From assembly GCA_002438625.1 (NCBI GenBank), contig DJPS01000023.1:1-56357 (forward strand): a DNA stretch of 56,357 nt. Direction: 5' to 3'. This DNA is from Christensenella sp. UBA6406 (GTDB taxonomy: Bacteria; Bacillota; Clostridia; Christensenellales; UBA1242). Below are positions 49,895 through 56,357 of this stretch, one piece after another (position 1 is the first letter of the stretch; each line of letters opens with the position of its first letter). The position numbers and the translations under genes are program-made. Under the pieces are notes generated by a model that saw only the letters and a list, made by a program, of their open reading frames with translations, had not been told where the DNA came from and did not search any database.

Positions 49895-52306
49895 ATGAGC
49901 AACGCAAACAATGTAATAAAAAATAAAAATAGGAAAAATAAAAGAATTATAACTATTATGCTGGCAACTATTGCCATACTTTTTGCTTTTTTGGGTTTAT
50001 TTATCACATATTTAATTCTATCAACAAATTTAAATAAAGATATTTTAACTCAAATAAGCACGCCCGCACTTGTGTTTGACTCCTCTAGTAACAAAATTAG
50101 TGACAATGTACAAGGTCAACCTTATGTAAAGTTAGAAAACTTAAATGATTATACTATAAATGCATTTATAAGCATTGAAGACAAAGACTTTTATAAACAT
50201 AAAGGAATAAATGTTAAAAGAATTTTTGGTGCACTTTTAAACAATGTCTCAAGCGGTTCATTACAAGAAGGTGCTTCAACAATTACACAACAGCTTATAA
50301 AGAATACACACTTAACTAATGACAAAACTTTTGATAGAAAGATAAAAGAAATTATTTTAGCCTTAAAGTTAGAAAAATCATATGATAAAAACGAAATTTT
50401 AGAAATGTATTTAAATGCAATATATTTTGGAAATGGTTGCTACGGCATTGAAAACGCATCTCAGTTCTATTTTGGAAAGTCTGCAAGCGATTTAGATATC
50501 AACGAATCAGCGACCCTTGCAGGAATAATTAAATCGCCTGCTTTTTACTCCCCAATAAAGCATAAAGAAAACATAGAAAGAAGAAAAAATCTAATTTTAA
50601 AAGAAATGTTTAAAGGAAATTACATAAATGCAACAGACTATAAAGAAAGCACAATAAAATCTGTTAATTTAAATGTCCAAAATCTACAATTTAAAAACTT
50701 ATCATCCTACATAAATTCAGCAATCGCCGAAGCATCAAACATTATTAAAATTCAACCAAATAAGGTGATTGCAAACAAATATAAGATTTACACATATTTT
50801 GACCCTGCAACTTCATCCGCTTTAAGCGAAAGCATTAAACACAGCACAAATGCAATGACAAATAGCATTGTTATAGATAATAAAAGCGGTGGTATACTTG
50901 CATTTAACTCATCGTACACATATGGTGCAACAAATATTCAACGCAACCCAGCATCAACAATAAAACCCATTTTAGTTTATGGTGCAGGAATAGAATATGG
51001 GAAAATTTATCCTTGCTCTTTGCTTAACGATAACCCAACAACATATGATGGAAATTATACTCCACAAAATATTTCTAACAAATATTATGGAAAAATTAGT
51101 GCTGAACTCGCATTAGCCAAATCATTAAATATCCCAGCAATCAACTTATTTAAAGAAGTTGGCATAGAAAAATGCAAATCTTTTGCAAAGAAAAACGGAA
51201 TTGAATTTGATGAAAGCGATAGCGGTCTATCTCTCGCTTTGGGCGCAATGAAATATGGCGTAACAATTCAATCACTTTGCAATGCTTATGTTTCTTTCGC
51301 AAATTTAGGATATCACAAAGACTCTACCTTTATAAAAAAGATAGAAGATAATAATGGTAAAGTTATTTACACACACAAACCACTATCACACAAAGTTATG
51401 AGTGAAGAAACTGCATATCTAGTTGGTCAAATGATGAAGAAAACCACAACAGAAGGCACTTGCACAGCACTTGGTAAATTAGGATATGAAGTGCACGCAA
51501 AAAGCGGAACAAACGGCACAAAAAATAGTGATTATAATACGGATTCTGTTTGTGTAGCACAAACAACTTCACACACCGCTTGTATTTGGTATTTTAGTAA
51601 AGATAATAAGGATGAAAATCTTCTTGAAAATGTAAGCACTTCTCAACTTAGTCCAACACTTAAAATGAAATCTCTTTTCCAATCAATTTATACAAGTGAT
51701 GCAATGCATCCCACAAATTTTGAGAGACCTAAAGGTATTGTAACAAAAAAATTAGATACTATCTCATATGATAATGGAAATATAGAACTTGCAACAGCGG
51801 ACACACCTGAACGTTACACAATGAATTGTGAATTTAATGTAAAATATTTACCAAAAACCATAAGTAAAAATTTTACAAACATAATCTTAACTTATCTTCA
51901 AACAAAACTTATGACAATAAATTCTAATAATGGAGAAAGCAGTCATTATTTAACATTATGCTTCCCTACTTTAAGACACCAAAAATATGAACTAATTAAA
52001 GAATTTGAAGAAAACGGGAAAACAGTTTCAAAGACAATTTTAGTTGTTAGTGGTAAGTCTGACAATATTGAATTTATAGATAAAGAATTTACAGAGCAAG
52101 TGAATATTAAATATTATATAAAAATTTATAACGCAGTTTTAAATGATTATACACTATCAAATGAAGCTGATTTTAAAGCAAAAGACAATAGCGGTAATCT
52201 AGAAAATCAATCATTCAAAGCAGAAACAGAATCCTCATATACTCTTGCAAGAAACAACAAAATTACAAATCAAAAAAATTATAATTATTATAATTATTTT
52301 AGATGA
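49895..52306 (+). CDS. Class A penicillin-binding protein (glycosyltransferase GT51 + transpeptidase)
   Basis: 803 aa. Basic N-terminus plus TM helix. GT51 motifs EDKDFYKHKG, GASTITQQL and RKIKE. Transpeptidase motifs STIKP, SLN and KSGT. About 200 aa of C-terminal extension ends in an N/Y-rich tail. No SD is seen upstream. Confidence 0.85.
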   Translation: MSNANNVIKNKNRKNKRIITIMLATIAILFAFLGLFITYLILSTNLNKDILTQISTPALVFDSSSNKISDNVQGQPYVKLENLNDYTINAFISIEDKDFYKHKGINVKRIFGALLNNVSSGSLQEGASTITQQLIKNTHLTNDKTFDRKIKEIILALKLEKSYDKNEILEMYLNAIYFGNGCYGIENASQFYFGKSASDLDINESATLAGIIKSPAFYSPIKHKENIERRKNLILKEMFKGNYINATDYKESTIKSVNLNVQNLQFKNLSSYINSAIAEASNIIKIQPNKVIANKYKIYTYFDPATSSALSESIKHSTNAMTNSIVIDNKSGGILAFNSSYTYGATNIQRNPASTIKPILVYGAGIEYGKIYPCSLLNDNPTTYDGNYTPQNISNKYYGKISAELALAKSLNIPAINLFKEVGIEKCKSFAKKNGIEFDESDSGLSLALGAMKYGVTIQSLCNAYVSFANLGYHKDSTFIKKIEDNNGKVIYTHKPLSHKVMSEETAYLVGQMMKKTTTEGTCTALGKLGYEVHAKSGTNGTKNSDYNTDSVCVAQTTSHTACIWYFSKDNKDENLLENVSTSQLSPTLKMKSLFQSIYTSDAMHPTNFERPKGIVTKKLDTISYDNGNIELATADTPERYTMNCEFNVKYLPKTISKNFTNIILTYLQTKLMTINSNNGESSHYLTLCFPTLRHQKYELIKEFEENGKTVSKTILVVSGKSDNIEFIDKEFTEQVNIKYYIKIYNAVLNDYTLSNEADFKAKDNSGNLENQSFKAETESSYTLARNNKITNQKNYNYYNYFR

Positions 52307-52369
52307 TAACATATAAATAAATCGACGCAAAATATTTGCTAAAAATGCAGAAAAACAACCATAAATAAT

Positions 52370-52402
52370 AAAGTTGGAAACAGTTATAATCCAACTTTTT
52401 AT
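52370..52402. terminator. Bidirectional terminator between the class A PBP gene and the 229-aa ORF
   Basis: Stem AAAGTTGGA (52370-52378) / TCCAACTTT (52390-52398), 11-nt loop. T-run on the + side and an A-rich tract on the other side, between convergent genes. Confidence 0.7.
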
Positions 52403-52414
52403 CATAAAATCAAA

Positions 52415-53104
52415 TTAAAAATTGTGATAATCCAACCCATTTAAATTTTTATCAAAAATTTCATATACACCACAAAATGCCGACTCTTTCTCATCGGAAA
52501 ATTGAACAGAAAATTCATTATTTAAAGATAGAGATATATACTCAAAATTTATTCCTTTCATAAATCTATCAAAATCAAAAAATGTAAATCTTTCTTTAAT
52601 TAAATCACCTAAATAAAGTGTTGTATCTTTTTCAATGTATGGCTTTAAATTTTCTTTAAATTCAGGCGTCATTGTTTCTTTAAAAATATTCAAAGCGTTT
52701 ATGTCATTGCATTTGCTTTCATCCTTTAAATAGCCCCTCCAAAAACCTCTATCAGTTGCCTCTGTGAAGATAATCATATGATACAAGAAGTAATTTACAA
52801 AATAGTTGCTATTCTCTGTTATTCTCTCCTGCCACTCTTTTAAATTTTTCACAATGTAATCAACTATTTGTTGCTCGTTAAACAAAGTATTCAATTCTTC
52901 ATTAAATTCATCCAATGTAAAGTGTACGCTTATTTTCTCTTTGCTTGCAACGCCCAATTTACCAAAATTAAATGAATTGATATTTTTTCTAATTTTTTGA
53001 GATAACACCTCCTCATTATCTATTCCATTTTTTTGCTTTTCAGTACCTAAATTATCTTTATCTTCTTTCAATTTCTTCTTTTTAAAAAACCTCAAAAATC
53101 CCAT
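52415..53104 (-). CDS. Hypothetical protein (229 aa, Lys-rich N-terminus, no TM helix)
   Basis: Intact ORF 22 nt downstream of the amidohydrolase gene on the same strand. I recognise no motif. Confidence 0.55.
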   Translation of the reverse strand: MGFLRFFKKKKLKEDKDNLGTEKQKNGIDNEEVLSQKIRKNINSFNFGKLGVASKEKISVHFTLDEFNEELNTLFNEQQIVDYIVKNLKEWQERITENSNYFVNYFLYHMIIFTEATDRGFWRGYLKDESKCNDINALNIFKETMTPEFKENLKPYIEKDTTLYLGDLIKERFTFFDFDRFMKGINFEYISLSLNNEFSVQFSDEKESAFCGVYEIFDKNLNGLDYHNF

Positions 53105-53126
53105 TTATTTTTTTCCTAATAAAATT

Positions 53127-54374
53127 TTATTTATTCGTAATTCTTTCAACTATTTCATCAAACTTTTCATCAATCAACTTAACATCTTCACCTAAATTAT
53201 AATCGCCATTACAATATAAAATGTTTCCATTAATCATTGTTAAAAAAACATCTTTACTATTCGCACAATAAACAAGTCCATTTTCTAAAAATTTATAAGG
53301 TCTATAATTCGGCTCATTAATATCAAGCACAATGAAATCAGCAAAATTACCTTCTTTAATTTCACCTATCTTCTCTATTCCTAACGCTTTGCTAGCATTG
53401 ATTGTTACCATTTTTAAAACTTCTTCATTTGTTATCACCTTGCTATCGTGCATTACACCTTTGCTAAGTGTTGCAGTTAAAAACATTTCTTTGAACATAT
53501 CTATGTGATTATTGCTTCCTGCACCATCAGTGCCAATACACAAATTTATGCCACGTTTCATCAATGTATAAGCTGGAGCAATTCCACTGCCAAGTTTTAA
53601 ATTTGCACTGTTGTTGATTGACACGGTTGCATTATTGCTGGACAAAATAACATAATCATTATCATCCAAATGGACGCAATGAGCACAAACACATGGGCGA
53701 CTAAAAACACCAAAACTATCCAAATATTCTGTTGGTGTACATCCATTTTTTAAATTGCACTCGCCCATTTCTTCTAATGTTTCACTTAAATGCATATTAA
53801 TGCCTAATTTATATTTATTCGCAAGCATAACAACTTTTTCTATATCCTGCTCACTAACATTGTATACGGAATGAATTTGCATAAAAAACTTTATTAAATC
53901 ATTTTTATTTTGTTCAACCAAATCAATTTCACTAGGAAAAATTGATAAAACTGCACGAAATTTTGTTTTATCAAATGCTCTATAAGCTTCCCTATTGTTG
54001 ATATACATATCTAAGCAAGTTGTAATGCCACCCCTAACCAACTCTTTTATTCCATAAAGGGTTGTCCAATAGAAATCATCTTTTTTCATCTTTTGTTCGC
54101 AAGGGAAAATTCCATCATTAAGCCATTCCTGCAACGATGAATCGTTAGATACATTTCTTGCCCAACTCATTGATGTATGGGTGTGCATATCAACTAATCC
54201 TGGCATAATTAATTTTTTGTCTAAATCAATTTGTTCATCAAATTGCACATTATCGAATTCATCGCTATTTTTCATCTTTCCCACATAGGAAATTATGTTA
54301 TTTTCAACCCACACTTCACCATCAACAATTTTTGTTCCAATCATAACTTTTGCATTGAAAAATCTATAATTCAT
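53127..54374 (-). CDS. Amidohydrolase superfamily, MtaD/SAH-deaminase (ATZ/TRZ)-like
   Basis: 415 aa. Metal ligand pattern GLVDMHTH, HLSE, AHCVH and GTDG. The specific substrate cannot be assigned by eye. Confidence 0.75.
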   Translation of the reverse strand: MNYRFFNAKVMIGTKIVDGEVWVENNIISYVGKMKNSDEFDNVQFDEQIDLDKKLIMPGLVDMHTHTSMSWARNVSNDSSLQEWLNDGIFPCEQKMKKDDFYWTTLYGIKELVRGGITTCLDMYINNREAYRAFDKTKFRAVLSIFPSEIDLVEQNKNDLIKFFMQIHSVYNVSEQDIEKVVMLANKYKLGINMHLSETLEEMGECNLKNGCTPTEYLDSFGVFSRPCVCAHCVHLDDNDYVILSSNNATVSINNSANLKLGSGIAPAYTLMKRGINLCIGTDGAGSNNHIDMFKEMFLTATLSKGVMHDSKVITNEEVLKMVTINASKALGIEKIGEIKEGNFADFIVLDINEPNYRPYKFLENGLVYCANSKDVFLTMINGNILYCNGDYNLGEDVKLIDEKFDEIVERITNK

Positions 54375-55242
54375 TTATAAACCCCTTTAAATATTTCCTT
54401 AATTTTTCTCCAACTATCTTATCTTTTAAGCCAAATTCTATATTTGCTTTTATAAAACCAAACTTATCTCCAGTATCATATCTTTTTCCATCCACAACAT
54501 AGCCAAACATTTTATTTTGTTTTGCCAAATCCAAAAGGCAGTCAGTAAATAAAACTTCTTTACCCCCGCTATCCAATTTACGGTTTTCTATAAAATCAAA
54601 AATTTCACTTTTAACCACATATTTCCCATTTAGCGACAAATCACTTGGTGGATTATCCTTAGGTTTTTCAATTATATTTTTTATTTGAAGAATTTTACCC
54701 AAACTTTCATATTCAACTATGCCATAATTACACAATTCTTCCAACGGCGTTTTTGACAAGCCAACAATCGTGGAATCTTTTTCATTAAAGACTTCAATAA
54801 GTTGCTTTATCCCACTTTTTCTATCATTTACTACAAGTTCATCGCCTGTACATAAGACAAAAGGCTCCCCTCCCACAAAATTTTTAGCAAGAAAAATTGC
54901 ATCTGCAAATCCCAACGGTTCACTTTGCTTTTGAAAAATTATTTTATCTGAAATATTTGTACTTTCAATTTTTTTTAAAAAATCTAACTTTTTTGCACTT
55001 TTTAAGTTCTGTTCAAGCTCAAAATTTATATCAAAATGCTGTGAAATTATTTCTTTTCCCCTTCTTATAATTAAAAGCAACTTTTCAATTCCTGCATCAA
55101 TTAATTCATCAATAATAATCTCTAAGATAGGTTTATCAACTATTGGAAACAACTCCTTAGGAACAACCTTAGAAGCGGTCAAAAATCTTGTGCCTAATCC
55201 AGCAACAGGTAACACTGCTTTTTTTACTTGAATATGATTCAT
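54364..55242 (-). CDS. galU: UTP--glucose-1-phosphate uridylyltransferase
   Basis: 292 aa. KAVLPVAGLGTRFLTASKVVPKELFPIVDKP and VEKP-like IIEKPK. Confidence 0.9.
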   Translation of the reverse strand: MNHIQVKKAVLPVAGLGTRFLTASKVVPKELFPIVDKPILEIIIDELIDAGIEKLLLIIRRGKEIISQHFDINFELEQNLKSAKKLDFLKKIESTNISDKIIFQKQSEPLGFADAIFLAKNFVGGEPFVLCTGDELVVNDRKSGIKQLIEVFNEKDSTIVGLSKTPLEELCNYGIVEYESLGKILQIKNIIEKPKDNPPSDLSLNGKYVVKSEIFDFIENRKLDSGGKEVLFTDCLLDLAKQNKMFGYVVDGKRYDTGDKFGFIKANIEFGLKDKIVGEKLRKYLKGFINEL

Positions 55243-55292
55243 AAATACTCACTTTTATTTATCCTTAAAAGTTAAATTCTAACCTAATATGC

Positions 55293-55976
55293 TCAAAAAG
55301 TTTCTACTTTAAAATAACTCCACGGAACTTCATTCATTGGTGGATTATAGCAAAATTGCATTAATTTATTTAATGTCGGATGCTCAAATTCTATTTTATA
55401 AGCCCACAAACATAAATTCTTGCTTAATTTACTATTTGTTCCATACTTTAAATCCCCTACAATAGGATTTCCAATATTGCTTAATTGCACCCTTATTTGA
55501 TGACTTCTTCCCGTAAATAATTCAACCTTTAATAATGATAAATTGTTATTATAATTACTTAAAGTAGTATATTCAAGTTTTGCATCTTTTGCCCCTACTT
55601 CTAAACTAGAAACAACTTTAACCTTATTTTCTTTTTCATCTTTTTTTAAATAATTAATAAGCACCGCTTTATTCTCTTTTGGCACACCTTCAACAATAGT
55701 TAAATAATATTTTTTAAAAGTTTTTTCTCTTATCTGCTTTGATAATCTCTCTGCTGATTTTGATGTCCTTGCAAAAACCATTAAACCACCCGTAGGTCTA
55801 TCCAATCTATGAACTAAACCAATATAAACATTCCCTGGTTTATTATATTTTTCCTTTACATAGGCCTTCACCATTGTAAGCATATCCAAATCCCTTGAAT
55901 CATCTTCTTGACTTGGCACATTCTGCGGTTTTATAGCAACAATTATGTGATTATCTTCATAAATAACATTTAACAT
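55293..55976 (-). CDS. RluA family pseudouridine synthase (no S4 domain)
   Basis: 227 aa. Catalytic motif HRLDRPTGG and GRSHQIRVQL. Confidence 0.85.
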   Translation of the reverse strand: MLNVIYEDNHIIVAIKPQNVPSQEDDSRDLDMLTMVKAYVKEKYNKPGNVYIGLVHRLDRPTGGLMVFARTSKSAERLSKQIREKTFKKYYLTIVEGVPKENKAVLINYLKKDEKENKVKVVSSLEVGAKDAKLEYTTLSNYNNNLSLLKVELFTGRSHQIRVQLSNIGNPIVGDLKYGTNSKLSKNLCLWAYKIEFEHPTLNKLMQFCYNPPMNEVPWSYFKVETF

Positions 55977-56093
55977 TAAATTCTCTCTTATAAAATTATA
56001 TTCTTAATTAATTATAACATATTTTTATCTAATTTGTATAATTTTAAAACAAAATTCTACCCTTAAAAGAGAATTCAATTTTTAACCACACAC

Positions 56094-56125
56094 AAAAAAA
56101 TTGCAAAAATTTAATTCTTGCAATT
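56094..56125 (-). terminator. Terminator downstream of ftsZ
   Basis: On the - strand: AATTGCAA / TTGCAATT 8-bp stem, 11-nt loop, followed by TTTTTGTGTG. It starts 14 nt after the ftsZ stop. Confidence 0.7.
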
Positions 56126-56138
56126 AATTTTACTATTA

Positions 56139-56357
56139 TTAAATATCTCCTCTAATTCTTTTTAAGAACGGTGGGATATCATTATCTTCTTCAACTTTCA
56201 TATTTGGTCTTTGAAGTCCTTCTTGCATTTGTTGTTGCTCAACATTGTTTGCATATGTAGGTTGTGCATTTTGGAATGATTGCTCAGCATAATTATTAAC
56301 TTGTTGACCAGCAAATCCACCATTAAACCCATTTTGTTGTGGATTGTTAAAATTATT
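56139..56357 (-). CDS. ftsZ: Cell division protein FtsZ, 3' end only (gene continues beyond the window)
   Basis: Not in the ORF track. My translation of the - strand is ...NNPQQNGFNGGFAGQQVNNYAEQSFQNAQPTYANNVEQQQMQEGLQRPNMKVEEDNDIPPFLKRIRGDI*. This is a Q/N-rich linker followed by the conserved FtsZ C-terminal peptide D-I-P-x-F-L-[KR]. Confidence 0.8.
   Translation of the reverse strand, partial: NNFNNPQQNGFNGGFAGQQVNNYAEQSFQNAQPTYANNVEQQQMQEGLQRPNMKVEEDNDIPPFLKRIRGDI

Overview
This is an AT-rich (about 70% A+T by eye, not computed) core chromosomal region of a low-GC, peptidoglycan-bearing Firmicute with Clostridia-like gene order and the standard genetic code. I call 48 CDS, 46 of them on the - strand, plus a six-tRNA operon on the + strand. 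Nearly everything is housekeeping. In - strand order: 3' end of ftsZ (runs off the window and is absent from the ORF track), RluA-type pseudouridine synthase, galU, amidohydrolase, an orphan ORF, a class A PBP (+), miaB-mutS-mutL-miaA, a PF06838-type PLP enzyme, comM, dprA, topA, trmFO, hslVU, tcdA, trxA, nifS with an IscU-like gene, ruvX and DUF1292. These are followed by the tRNAs (+), alr, nth, ung, a partial dcw cluster (mraZ-rsmH-ftsL-pbp2B-murE-mraY-murD-ftsW), pcrA, ligA, two poorly characterised divergent genes, HIT, UPF0371, pepF, ruvCAB-queA-tgt-yajC. The ORF track opens ORFs at the most upstream ATG/GTG/TTG, so I re-called starts using SD sequences and conserved N-termini for ruvC, pcrA, mutS, topA, dprA, trmFO, mraZ, pbp2B, HIT, UPF0371, ruvX and the YtxH-like gene. 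I saw no transposase, integrase, phage, CRISPR, toxin-antitoxin or recognisable defence genes, so I do not claim a novel system with confidence. The best leads are: (1) an IscU/NifU homologue with one cysteine, next to nifS, trxA and the ct6A dehydratase gene tcdA, which may be a Csd-like sulfur relay; (2) a three-box MraZ operator phased at 10 bp over the mraZ promoter; (3) full sigma-A-type promoters 6-7 nt upstream of SD-less ATGs of ruvC, pcrA and nth, suggesting leaderless mRNAs for DNA-repair genes; (4) an HslV with an 11-residue N-terminal extension; (5) two uncharacterised loci (9453-10958 and 52415-53104). All family calls come from motif recognition and memory, with no database search.
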